Source: the human T2T-CHM13v2.0 reference genome, Homo sapiens. From it: a DNA stretch of 64,000 nt. Below are positions 38,027 through 51,071 of the stretch, piece after piece. How positions within the stretch are numbered: position 1 is the first letter of the stretch; each line of letters opens with the position of its first letter. A program made the position numbers and the translations under genes. A model generated the notes under the pieces. That model did no database searches. It worked only from the letters and a program-made list of their open reading frames with translations, and had not been told where the DNA came from. Location: NCBI RefSeq assembly GCF_009914755.1, contig NC_060925.1. One strand, given 5' to 3'.

Positions 38027-39494
38027 TCCCTCTCCTAACTTTTGCTGCCCGGGAAGATGGTAGCACTCAGGGCTGATGCCTAGAGACAGCCATGGATTCT
38101 AAAGAGGCAAAAACAACTCATTGTCTCACTTCTAAAACCATGATTTCCCTCCTCCCCTTCCTTCGCTCAGCCCGGCTTGCATCTCAGTACAAGGCCATTT
38201 TTCATGGCCTCGACAAGAGATCTTATCAGGCACATAATGAGTCAGCAGAGGTTACCTTGAGCAGGGACCACAGACCACCGGTTGTATATCTTCATTTTAA
38301 AACTGTAGCCACAGATGCCTGCTGTACTGAGAATGTGATTCTCTCCCTAGGACCCACAAGAAGAAGGATGCTAATGATGTTCCAAGTGTTGACGGTTCTC
38401 TGGCCCCAGGAGACAGCCTGGAAGGTAGGACCATTTGCTTGAGTTCAGGGAACCAGGAATGGGGCAGCTTTCCTAAATAGATGCAGCTGTGTCTTCTACC
38501 AGATGTGGAATTGTCATGTTGTTTTTTTTGTTTCGTTTTGTTTTACCTCCTTCATTTCAGGGACCTCAGGCTATAATTAATTCTTGAACATAGCAATAAA
38601 TCAAAGCTTTGAAAATTACAGAAAACTCCCTCCCCATCCCCCACAGACACACGGCTGTGCCACCTGCTTTAATGCTCTCTTCTGGTATTGTGTCATATCT
38701 AACCACCCGAAACTCGGGCAGACATTCCAGGAATTGGTTCTGAGACTAAATCCGTGTTCCACTCTATAGAATTTGGAGTTAAAAAATAAAAATCAAACTG
38801 GAAATAGCATCCCTTACCCAGTCTGGGCCATCTCATTTTTTTTACTGGATGCAGACATCCCTAGATGCTGAGAATCCTCGTCAAGAACGACTCTTCACCG
38901 CCAAAGTCAACCACTTCACTCTCAGCAACGGCTGTCATTTCCATGTTTAAGATGCACACTTTGCCTATAGAAGCATTCACAACATAGTCTCTCCTCCACT
39001 GTAGTATCCCGCAAATGGGCCTCTGTAATTGATGAGAAATAAAAATAATATAAAAAAGCAGGAGATGGCAATACAGAAAACCTTCTGTGTGCAAGCCATG
39101 GGTGAAAAAATAGAACAGCCACTGGGCTAATCCGTGCCCTTTCAAGTTGCTATTTCTTTTGTTTTCTCGCCTGCGTCCCCCCAGTCCTCCCAGATTCAAA
39201 TCTCTAGCCTCCGCGGTATCAAGCGGAGGAACAAATATACTTAGTTCTCTTAATGAGCTTCTTCCTCTGCATTCATTTTGGAGAAAAAGCTCCAGCCGAG
39301 AAGGATGGCAAAGGGAAACAGAACATTCCGGGACTGACTGAACCAGAGACAACTATTTGGCAATAAGCTTGAAAGACTCTTGATCTCTTTCCTACTTGCC
39401 TTCCAGCCTTCCCTTCCTCTAAAAGATCTGGAAGCGCTGAGGGCAATGGGTGCAAGTCAGATGAGGATGACTTTTAAGGGAAGTTGTCTTCATT

Positions 39495-39695
39495 TCAGAC
39501 ACTGAGGTTTGAATCCTGGTGCCTCCGTCTAAAAGCTGTGGTGTGATGTAGGCCTCAGTTCTGTGGGCCTCAGTTTCTTCATCTGTAAAATGGGCTTCAT
39601 AAGAGAATCTCTCTCAAAGACATTCTGTGTGTGTGTGTGTGCATGTGTGTGTGTGTGTGTGTGTGTGTGAAAATAACACATGTAAATCACTTTGG
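39495..39695 (+). mobile_element. MIR containing a (TG)n microsatellite (39626-39669)
   Basis: gggcctcagtttcttcatctgtaaaatggg core, and a (TG)n run with one CA interruption. Confidence 0.8.
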
Positions 39696-39824
39696 ATCTG
39701 TACTTTCACTATTTAAAAACTACTGTAAACCCAGTGTGGGGTTGGAAGCTCTAAGACATACTACCCTGCCAGACACCCTCCCTCCTAACCCTGATTGTCA
39801 GGTTCACCTGAAATAGCAGAGCAA

Positions 39825-40032
39825 GAGATAGCATGACAGATCTCTCGTACCTGCCGGGTTGGACACCTGGGAGTCTCCCAAGTGTCAGTGAAGGAAGGGA
39901 AGCGACAGTCACGAGGTCCAGATTTGCACTTCACATGTATCTTCTCATCTGATCCTCACAGCTACCTGGGGGCGAGCAGTGGATCCCGAGCTGCAACACT
40001 AGCCTCACGCTTAGGGCCCCACAGCAGGTACA
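39825..40032 (+). repeat. Long inverted repeat 2, left arm
   Basis: Reverse complement of 40437-40650 at roughly 75-80% identity, with perfect 16-, 23- and 17-bp tracts. Confidence 0.92.
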
Positions 40033-40436
40033 TAACACTCTAAGCAATAGAGGATCCAGGGAACCTGTATTACAGAAATGTGGGTGACCATCAAGAAACA
40101 CTTTCAGGAAGAGGCAGGGACCTGATTTGATGTAGTTGGAGAAAGTATTTCTCACTCTCTGTTAAGCTGGGCCTATCACTGGGAGCCGTGGGGGACTCAC
40201 TCTTGATATTCTGAAGCAGCTCAAGAAGTTAATGGAGACAAAGCTATCTGGAGAAAAGTATGTCCCCTAAATGCATACAAGGTAACAGAAACCACTTGGG
40301 AGGTTTTCAGTCTGCCGCTGTCTCCGAAAAACGATCCACAATCTTTGCACGTCGTGAACATACACTTCAAGAGTATGAATGGTGCTGGAAGGGCTTTGAA
40401 CTCAAGCAGTTGTGGCCCCACATCCCACCTTTGCTG

Positions 40437-40650
40437 TGCACCTGCTGTGGGGCCCTGAACCTGAGGCTCCCTTGGCAGCTGGGGACCCACCTGCTAGCCC
40501 TCAGGTAGTCATGAGACTCAGGTAAAAGGATGCATGCGAAGCTCATATCTGGCCCCCCTGACTGTCGCTTCCCTTCCTTCAGTGACAGCTGTTCGGAGAC
40601 TCTCTCGTGTGTCCAACATTGCAGGTACGAGAGATCCTTGATGCTACCTC
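40437..40650 (-). repeat. Long inverted repeat 2, right arm
   Basis: tgactgtcgcttcccttccttca, gcaggtacgagagatc and acctgctgtggggccct mirror the left arm. Confidence 0.92.
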
Positions 40651-41014
40651 CCCATTACCAACACGACATAATGCAATTAGTTTTCAGCTTGCTTTGAATG
40701 CATTTCATGATTACAGGACTTCTTCAAACAATGTACCTGTAATGAGTGAATGTTCCACAAGCATGCATCTCTGCTCAGGTGTAAATATTTCCAAGGCAGC
40801 TGCATGGAATGGAAGTTTGATGGTGTCGTAGACTGAGATGCTTACTCCACATTCATTCACTCCACAGACTTCATTAAGAACCCAGGATATGCCAAGACTT
40901 CTCTCCCAGGTACTGAAGCTGCAGGAGCAGATAAAGCAGGCATCATGGTGTTCTGGGGATGATGCCCCCAAGGGAAGCCAGTTCCTGATCCTACTGCATG
41001 CCTGCCTTTGCTAT

Positions 41015-41530
41015 TGATGGGATTCAAGACATGCTACCCCCAGATATGCACCTTGGCATTTGAGAAAATGGCAGAAACACAAGGTCATTCTCCTCTTCCC
41101 CTCTGCCTTTCTCCCCTGAAGCAGATCATAAAACCTAGGAAGGATTTTCCTGAACTTCCCCTGATGCAGGTCGTAAGATCCTCATGTGAGAGGTACCCTT
41201 GCTTCCCAGAAGGAAAAGAACAGTCTTATCTCTGGAAACACAGGGACACATAGAAGAATCTGGACAAACAGGCCTGGCTAAGCATCTCCAGCTCATCACC
41301 ATTAATCATACCCCCTTTAGTCACACTTCACAAAGACCTGCTTCTTCATTCAAGCTTAAAACACAATGGTATACCCATTTCTTTTGGTCTTCGTTTCCTT
41401 ACGGGAGTTTCCATGGTCACATAAACCTTTTATTAAATAAACTTGCATAGTTTATTCTTATCTTTTGTTATAGGGGCCTCAGTCATGAATTTTGCAATGA
41501 GTGAAGAAAAGATATTTTCCCTCCCCTACA
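41015..41530 (+). mobile_element. MER39/MER34-like ERV1 solo LTR
   Basis: tgatgggattcaagacatgctacccc...tttctcccctgaagcag...aataaa...ttttccctcccctaca. Confidence 0.8.
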
Positions 41531-41569
41531 CCACTGGATACGCTTGGCAACTGCTTACTCCCTCCACCC

Positions 41570-42280
41570 CCTCGAATCTGACTTCCACCCCTCCGTGTCC
41601 TCTAGGCTATGTCAGTTGAAGCTGCCAATGACCTTCTTGACTTAAATCCAAAGCACATCTCTTGGACGTCCTCATACCTCACCTTTCTGTATTTACCATG
41701 TTGAGCCATCGCCTTCTTCTTGAACTGGTGCCCTCCCTTGGCTTTGGGCTGCCATGCCCCCTGCTGTGCACTCTCTTATTCAGATGAAGAATCTCAGGCC
41801 TTCTGTCTCTCTCTCTCTCTCTCTCCTCCCTTAGCCACCTACATTCACACTCATGGCTTCAGTCAACACTGCACACAGACACCTCTGGAACCTGTATCTC
41901 CAGCTCCCATGTCCTCTCTGAGCTCCTAAACCATACGGCTCATGGCCTGCTTGGTTGGATGTCTTCAAAACACCACAATGTCAAAAAGTTATAACCCTTC
42001 AGTTTTTCAAGGCACAGCCAGTCTTATATATTTGGATAAATGGCCTACCATGCACCGAGTAAATAAGCCAGAAATCTAGGACTCACTCTTGCCAACTCTC
42101 CTCGTCTTCATCTAGCACTCCCAATACCTCACTAATCTTCCCAGTTATATCTCTGGACATCCATCCTACTCACAGAGCTTTTTCTGGCTCCAGTGCCTCC
42201 ACCCTGAAAGCCACTGAACTTTGTGCCAGTGCCTCTTCCCTAATGCCCTTCACTCACTCTCGTCCCCTCCAAGCTATACT
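41570..42280 (+). mobile_element. L2 body fragment
   Basis: ccaatgaccttcttgacttaaatccaaag..., ctcatggcttcag..., aagccagaaatctaggactcactcttg are L2-like. Confidence 0.75.
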
Positions 42281-42299
42281 TTTTACTATTTTCTTTTTA

Positions 42300-45200
42300 A
42301 GAATAATTTTATAATCATTGCCCAGATCAAGAAGTAAACCTTGGCCAGAGTCTTAGAGAGAGTCTGTGACTGTTTCACGCTTCTTCCCAATACATCCCCC
42401 ATCCCTTCTCCTTACAGATCTTCTCTGTCCTGACCTCTTTTTGATAACAATTGTCTTGCTTTTATTTATTGCCTTGCCACCTACGCATGTATCCCTGAAC
42501 AACAGAGCTGGGGCTGTGCCTGCTATTGATCTTTATATAAAAGGAATTAGGCTGCCTGTGTTCTTTGTGACATACTTCTTTGGCTTATCACATACTTCCG
42601 AGATTCATCTGTGGTGACGTGTATAGCTGCAACTTACTTATTTCCATTTCAAGTGTCCCACAATTTATGTAATCCATAAATACAGCTCATAGACGTTTGG
42701 TAGTCTATCTGTAGCTTGCAGTTCTGAAAATTCCCTGTTCTTGTCCTCTGTATAAAACACAGGCTCTCCTCCAACACGAAATGGGTATGCCTCAACCCCT
42801 CCTATTGCCAGATCTTTAAGCTTTTACCACTCTGATGTGTACATATTGATATTTCATTGTGGTGTTAATTTGTATTTTCCCAATTAGTAATGAGGTTGAG
42901 TACCTTTATTTATGTGTATTGACCAGTTGCATTTCATCTTCCTGGGCATGCCTGCGTATTATATTTAGCGACTTCGAGGGCACTAATTCTGTTGGGTTTC
43001 TCATCTCCTCCATGGTGATTAATAAATGTTCTTCCTGTCATCTGCACATTGGTCTTCTATTGATTATATTTGATCTCTTCCTCCACTACGTGACCTGTCT
43101 TTCCACTCACTCTGAGGTGTCTTTTGGTAAGCCTTCATAACTTTAATGTAATCAAATGTATTGATCCTTCATTTTATAGTTAGTGCTTTTGGCACCTTGT
43201 TAAAAAAATCCTTTCTTACTCTTTATAATAATTCTCGATTTATAGTATGACAAATTATTCTACCTTGTTCTTCAATTGCTTTATCTGTTTGATCCTCCCC
43301 TGAGGTTATTGGTTTTTATATGTTGCTCTCTCTCTATGTCTATGTCAACACAACACTACCTTAATTATTTTAGTATTATGGTGGTAGATTGTTGGAGTCG
43401 CAGCCCCCAGTGAATCACACCAGTATTCACTTGTGTATTTTCCTCTCACACTGTGATTTATTTTGGCCAATGGAATACCAGCAAATGTAATACAGAGTGT
43501 GTCTGCACTTATCATCTTGAATGCTGTTTGGAGGTGGCCACAGTGTGAAGAAATCTGGCTGGAAAGACCACATGTGGAGAGTGGCAAGGTCATCTCAGCC
43601 ATGGCAGCCAAATCCAGCTCAGCCCCTCCAAATGCAGCAGTGAGGCCAAGCAGGAAAACTCACAGAGTGAAAAAGAGTTGTCATTGTTTGGGGTATTTCA
43701 TCACCCAGCAAAAGATGCCTGAAACAGCAGCCATAGCTATTCTTGGGTCTTTGTGCTTCCATCTGATCCATAGCCTCCTCCCCAGCCCACACCCCTCCAT
43801 CTAGGTTCCAGCCACTGATGTCCCGGCCAGAGTCTCTCGCTGGTGTCTCTGTGCCCACTTGCTCCATCCATTCTGCCATCTTTTAAAATTCAAAGTATAG
43901 AAAAATACACACAGAAATGTAACAAACCTCTTTGTACTCAACATCTTTATAAAATATCATTGGTTATTTCAATGCAGATTGTTTAAAATATGAAAGAAAT
44001 AATATGTATGTTTTAAAATTCCCTTTGAGCCCTTCTGCAACATCACATTCTTCCTTCTTCTTCATAGGAAGAGCACTCCAGAATTAACGATTATTAAATT
44101 ATCTGCACGCATCTTTCTGTCAAAGTTTTTATTTATTTACTACATACACACAAACGCATGGGTGCACACAAATGGAATGTTAACCACGAAACCTTGTTAG
44201 TATTGTTATGTGTGAATTTTTGTTTGCATAAGTGTGACAGTTCTAGACATGTAATTCTGTTACACCTTTTTTCAACTGAACCTCATTTTTTAAACACTAT
44301 ATAGGCTGATTCACAGAAAACAAAATCAATTATCTAATGGCTGAATAGCATTTTTAATCGGATTATACCATAATTTATTTATACATTTCTCAGTTGATGA
44401 ACGCTGGTAATTTCACTGTTTCCCTTGTTCTGACGATGCTGCAGAGGACACCTTCATGTACATTAGCTGGGATATAAGAACAAGAGTTTCTGGTCTAGGT
44501 TATAAACAGCAGGATTTCTGGGTTTTAGCGTTAACCTCAGCCTTACTAACCAATGCCAAATGCCCTCTGAAACATGATGTATCGAGTCACATACCTACCT
44601 GCTGTACACGAGTTCTCGTCTTTCACCTTTGCCAACACTTGATATTTATACACATTTACATAGTTTATTTTATAAAAAGAACTTCCCCTGAGGTTATTTT
44701 AGAAAGGGCCTGTGAATATAAAATCTCTAGGTTTTTATATATCTGAAATACATGCGTGGGTGTTTTTATTTAGCTTTCAACCTTGAGTCATAACGGAGTC
44801 CAGTATAGAATTCTAGGTCAATGTTTACTTCCCCCCAGCCCTTTGAGATGCCTCTTCAAGGTCTTAAGACATGTACTGTGCTCTCATTCTCATTGTTCTT
44901 CCATCAGAGATGCTTTTCTTTCTAGAAATATTTTAAATGCCTTCTCTCCTTTGGAACGTTCTGCATTTTATTACACGGTTTCTCGATTTAGATTTATTTT
45001 TATAGTTCGTGCCTTCAGCGTTTGGAATTTTGCATTATCTCTTTCTCAGAATTCTTTTAAAATGTCAGTCTTCATTATTAGTCTTTATTATCTCTTCAAG
45101 TTTCCATCTCTTTATCTCTGTGTACAACATTTAGGCTGATTTCCTTGGTTCTTTCACTTCCTTAATATTCTCTTCAGCTCTATCTAGCTTCTTCTTCAAT

Positions 45201-45400
45201 CTTCTTCAATCTATTATTAAATCAAAATTTTCCCCTCATAATTTTCTCTTCTAGAATTTATCTTTGGTCACTTTAAAAATCTACCTAATCCCCTTTCATA
45301 CTTTCTGATCTCCACCAACAGTCTGCTTTTCCTCCTTCATGTCTTATCTTTTTGTTCCATTATCTATTGTTGATATGTTGTAGTTGATTCAATATTTCTT
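42300..45400 (-). mobile_element. Degraded L1ME/L1M fragments (interrupted by MLT1)
   Basis: T-rich. atttcattgtggtgttaatttgtattttcccaattagtaatgaggttgag; cagtatagaattctaggtcaatg. Confidence 0.65.
43377..43726 (+). mobile_element. MLT1 (F/G/H-like) LTR
   Basis: ttttggccaatggaataccagcaaatg...gaccacatgtggagag...tttggggtatttcatcacccagcaaaagatgcctgaaaca. Confidence 0.7.
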
Positions 45401-46822
45401 CACATCTGAAGCAGGATTCCACACTTCAAATTGTTCCACCATATTTTCTAGAAACCCATTCCTACAACTCATTCTTCACCCAGCAGCAAAAGTGATCTAT
45501 TAAAAATGGAGATCCATCTAGATTCTTCACGTGGAGAGTTTTACCAAATGTTTAAAAATGAACATTATTTCACCCTATGTCTTTCAGAAAATAGAAGAGA
45601 AGGGAACACTTTTCAACTCATTTTATGAAGTGAGGGTTATATTGTTATTGAAACCCAGAAAAAGACAATAACAAAAAATCCAACAACAACTATAACCTAA
45701 TATCGCTTATGAATATAGGTTAAAAAAACCTTAACAAACTATTGATAAATAGAATTCAGCAACACAAAAAATAAATTATGATCAAATGGGGCTTATTCCA
45801 AGAATGAAAGGATGGCCCAATATTTGAAAATTAACCAATGTAACCTATCCCATTCACAGGTTAAAGAAGAAAAATTGCATGGTTATATCAATCAATGCAG
45901 AAAATGTTTTTACAAAATCCAACACCCATTCATAATATAAATTCTTAGAAAAATGACATGGGAACATCCTCAACTTGACAAAAAAGATCTACAAAAAAAC
46001 CTATAACAAACATGAGACTTAGTGGTAAGAAACTGGATACTTTCTTCCTTAGAATGAGAATAAGAAAGGATGTCTGATCTCTTTTTCAATATAGTAATGA
46101 AAGTTCTAGCCAGGTAAATAAGACACATAAAGAAAATTGAAGACACAAAGATTGAAAAGGAAAAACTGTCCCTGTTTGCAGGTGGCATAAGAAAATCCCA
46201 AAGAATCTACAAGAGAACTAATAAGTTCAGCAAGGTTGCAAGATATTAGATAAACATATAAACATCAATTGTATTTTTATATGTCCACAATGAACATAGG
46301 ACACCAAAATTTAAAATGCAATATGATTCATAATCACTTAAAATAAAATATGTAGGTGTAACTCTTACAAAACATGTACAAGATTTGTATGCTGAAAATG
46401 ACAAAATCTTGAAGACAGAAATGGAAGCTCTAAATATATGGAAAGACATACAGTATTCATAGATTTAAAAACTCACATAGTAAATATGTTAATTTTCCCT
46501 TAATTGAGATACAGTTTTAGCACAAATTGTATCAAAGTATCAGCAAATATTTTTGTAGATATAGATGAGATTATTCTAAATGTTATAAAGGACCTAGAAT
46601 CACTAAAAAACAATTTTGAAAAAGAAGATCTATCCAATTTAGAGACATTATATAGCTATGGTAATCTAGAATGGATGATCTTGGCAGATGGACAGGCTTA
46701 TAGATAATGGAACAGAACAGAGAACCCAAAAATAGATTTACACAAATATTCTCAATTGATTTTTGACTAAGGTGCAAAAGTAAGTCAATGGAAGAAAGAT
46801 AGACTTTTCAACCAATGGTGCT

Positions 46823-47296
46823 TGTTGTGGATTGAATGGTGCCTTCCAAAAAAGATATGTTGAAGTTCTAGCCCCTGGTACCCCAAATGAGACCTTATTT
46901 GGAAAGAGGATACTTACAGAGGTAATTAAGTTAAAATAAGGTCATTAGCATGGACCCTAATCCAATATGACTGATGTTCTTACAAGAAGGGAAAATTTGG
47001 ACAGAGACAGGCATAAACCAAGGAAATATGAAGGAAAGACAGGAAGAACTCCATGTAAAAGTCAAGAAAGAGGTTGGAATGATGCATGTACACGACAAGG
47101 AATGAGAAGTATTGCCACCAAACCACCAGAAGATAAGAGAGAAGCATGGAACAGACTCCTCCAGTCTCAGAAGGAACCAACCCTGCTGACCTTGAACTTG
47201 GACTTCTGGTCTTCAGAGCTGTGAGCTACTAAATTCCTGTTGTTTAAGGCACCTAGTTTTTGATGCTTTGTACAGCAGCCCTGGCAAACTGATACA
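46823..47296 (+). mobile_element. MLT1 (B/C-like) solo LTR
   Basis: tgttgtggattgaatggtgcc...gaccttatttggaaagagg...cagcagccctggcaaactgataca. TSD gtgct/gcgct. Confidence 0.92.
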
Positions 47297-47969
47297 GCGC
47301 TGGAGTGAGTGAGTGTTCATATTCAATAAAATAAACCTCAAACTAAGGCTCACCCCTTATACAAAAATTCACCAAAAATGGACTATGGAACTAAATATAA
47401 AATATAAAACTAGAAAACTTTTAGAAAAAACAATGGAAAAAATCTTCTGGATCTAAGGTAGACAAAGATTTCCTAGACTTGGCACCAAAAGCATGATCTA
47501 TAAATGGAAACATAAATTTGGCTTCATCAAACTTAAAATCTTTTGCCCTGTGAAGACAAGAGCCTGTTAAGAGGATAAAAATGCAAGCTATAGACTGGCA
47601 GAAAATATCTGCAAACCACATATCTGACAAAGGATTATTATCTAGAATATATAAACAAAACTTTCCAAATTCAACAATAGGAAAAAAAAAACAATCCAAT
47701 TAGAAAGTGAGTTAATGACATAAAGGGACATTTCACCAAAGAAAATAAACAACTGTCAACACATGTTCAACATCATTAACTTCTGGAGGAATGCAAATTA
47801 AAATCACAATGAAGTAACATTGCATGCCTATCAGAATGGCTACAAGAAAAAACAGTGACAATACCAAATGCTGGTGAGGATGCTCTCACACTGCTGGTCA
47901 GAATTTAAAATGATACACCCAATCTGGAAAACGGTTTGGGATTTTTCTGCAAAATTCATGCATTTTCTT

Positions 47970-47977
47970 TTTTTTTT

Positions 47978-48033
<56 letters not shown>

Positions 48034-48410
48034 TTCTTTCTTTCTTTCTCTCTCTCTCTTTCTTTCCTTCTCTCTTTCTTTCTTTCCTTCTTTCTTTCTT
48101 TCTTTCTTTTCTTCTTCTTTTTTTTTTAAATGGAGTTTCGCTCTTGTTGCCCAGGCTGGAGTGCAGTGACGTGATCTCAGCTCACTGAAACCTCTGCCTC
48201 CCGGGTTCAAGCAATTCTCTGGCCTCAGCCTCCCAAGTAGCTGGGATTACAGGCAGATGCTACAACGCCTAGCTAATTTTTGCATTTTTAGTAGAGACAG
48301 GGTTTCACCATGTTGGTCAAGGCTGGTTTTGAACTCCTGACTTCAGGTGATCTGCCCGCCTCAGCCTCCCAACGTGCTGGGATTACAGGTGTGAGCCACC
48401 ATGCCCAGCC
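47970..48410 (-). mobile_element. AluSq-like element whose tail expanded into a (TTTC)n microsatellite (47970-48127)
   Basis: Alu body 48128-48410. The perfect 13-bp TSD catgcattttctt encloses the microsatellite. Confidence 0.95.
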
Positions 48411-48961
48411 CATGCATTTTCTTGAAAAAAATAAAAATAAAATAAATAAATAAATAAACTGCCATCCAATCCACCAATTGCACTTCTCGGCCTTGATCCT
48501 AGAGAAATGACCACTGTCACACAAAAACCAACACGCAAATGTTTGTTGCAACTTTCTTCCCAATAGCTCCAAACTGGAACCAGCTCAGATGTCCTTCAGC
48601 AGGTGAGTGGTTAAACAAACTGCGGTGTGTTCACACCAAGGAATGCCACTCAGCAAAAGTCTGAGCAGACTCTTGAAATACTCCGCAACCTGGTTGAATC
48701 TCCAAAGAATTGTGCTGATGGAGAAAGCCAGTGCGCAAAGGTTACTTACTCTATAATTCCACTCATATAACATTCCTGAAATTACAACATTATAGAAATG
48801 GAGAACAGAGTCATGCTTGCCAGGGGTTGAGGAGGAGTTGGGGACCGGAAGGAAGTGGGTAGGTTGTGAAGGGGAACAATGAAGGATCCTTGTGGTGATG
48901 GAAATGCTTCATATTTTGACGATATCGATGCCAATATCGTAGTTATAATATGGTGCTGTAA

Positions 48962-49331
<370 letters not shown>

Positions 49332-49911
49332 TAATTCTTACATCTACATATGAACCTTTAATTGTTTCAAGATAAAAAATGCTTAATTCAAAAACTCAGA
49401 TCCAATGATTATTCTCCATTGTGCAAGATTTCTTATGGGCTTCCTACTTCCCCTGGAAAGAAGATCAGCATTCTTATCATGGTGGAGGACCCCCTGTGAC
49501 CTTGTCCCTATCACCTGCCACCCCTGCAACCCTCTTCTTCCTATGGCTGTCAGGGTTCCTGGCCTGTTGACCTTCTGCCCCTTCCACCCTCAAATTTGCC
49601 ACACTTTCCTGCTTCATGGCTCACAAATCCTCTCCACTTTCTGAAATCTCACAGTGTGTAACACACTAGACTATGTATTCATAATGAGGATTCTAGAACT
49701 ACAAGGGCCCACAAGCAACTGCTGCATACCAGGTCCTATTCTTTTTAGTAGAGACAGAGAAAGCAGCTGTAAGCAACAAGGCTGAAGTCTCTGCTGCTCC
49801 ACAACCTACCTGCCAGTTTGGTCACAGGTATCTCCCAAGATACACAATCACCTGGAGTGGAAGCTTCAGGACAACAGGGCTGGGTATGTTTGCCGATCTG
49901 CACATAGTCCA

Positions 49912-50276
49912 TGTATTAGTGTGTTTTCATGCTGCTGATAAAGACATACCCAAGACTGCGTAATTTATAAAGGAAAGAGGTTTAATGGACTCCCAGTTCC
50001 ATATGGCTGGGGAGGCCTCACAATCATGGCAGAAGAGCAAGGGACATCTTACATGGTGGCAGGCAAGAGATAATGAGAGCCCAGCAAAAGGGGAAACCCC
50101 TTATAAAAACATCAGATCTCGTGAGACTTATTCACCACCATGAGAACAATATGGGGGAAACTGCCCCCATGATTCAATCACCCCCTACCGGGTCCCTCCC
50201 ACAACATGTGAGAATTATAGGAACTACAATTCAGGATGAGATTTGGGTGGTGAGGGGACACAGCTAAACCATATCA
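49912..50276 (-). mobile_element. THE1 (B/C-like) solo LTR
   Basis: tgtattagtgtgttttcatgctgctgataaagacatacc...cagctaaaccatatca. Confidence 0.95.
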
Positions 50277-50374
50277 GTAGGTCTGTGATCAATACTTGTT
50301 AAGAGAATCAATACATCAGTACATTCAGACTTATGCCTGTGCTTCATCCTTTTTAGGAACCTGCGTGTTTCAGA

Positions 50375-51071
50375 TAAGATACCTCTTGGATACCTCTTGA
50401 TTCACTCTTCTTCCTGCCACTGTGGTGAGGATCATTGAGTCTTTGACCAGCTTTATGCAGGTACAACCTGACAGCACCTGACTTCAGGCCCACAGAACAC
50501 CTCGAACTTCCATCCCCAGCGTTCACTGAAGCCCACTGGGATGGGGGATCCCTCTGCAAACCTGTCCTGTGACCTCATGTCATAAGGGACCTATCACAAG
50601 TTAACACCCCACGTGCTATTTGTGACTAATGGAGAAGAGGTTGTTGAATACTTCCTCCTTCAACTCTGAGCAGGGGGTTCTAAGAGATACCTCATGAGGC
50701 TTCTCAGAAGGTTCTACCTGGTTAGGATTGCCAGATAAAATACAGGTTACCCAGATAAATTTAATTATAAGAAAAATAACAAATGTTTTACTTTATAAAT
50801 ATATCCAAAACATTGCATGAAATATACTTATACTAAAAATTGTATTTGTTGTTTATCCAAAATTCAAAGTTAACTGGGCATCCTGTATTTTTATCTACTA
50901 AATCTAGCAACTAGCTGTTCCCAGTAGTGGTGGTGGGGTGGGGGGACGTCTACAAGGTGCCCTTGTCTTGGCTCTCCCTACTTCCCCGTCTTTCCTCCCT
51001 GTTCCAATCTCCCTTTCCCCAGAATCACAAATGAATTACTACCACTTACATCTTAGTCTCTGGTCAAGACA
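50375..51071 (+). mobile_element. LTR16-like ERVL LTR interrupted by MER53
   Basis: caggtacaacctgacagcacc..., gaggcttctcagaagg | ctgttccc...ttggctctccctacttccccgtc...ggtcaagaca. Confidence 0.55.
50723..50913. mobile_element. MER53 palindromic MITE
   Basis: ggattgccagataaaatacagg...atacttatactaaaaa...taactgggcatcctgtatttttatctactaaatctagcaac, ~190 bp. Confidence 0.85.
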
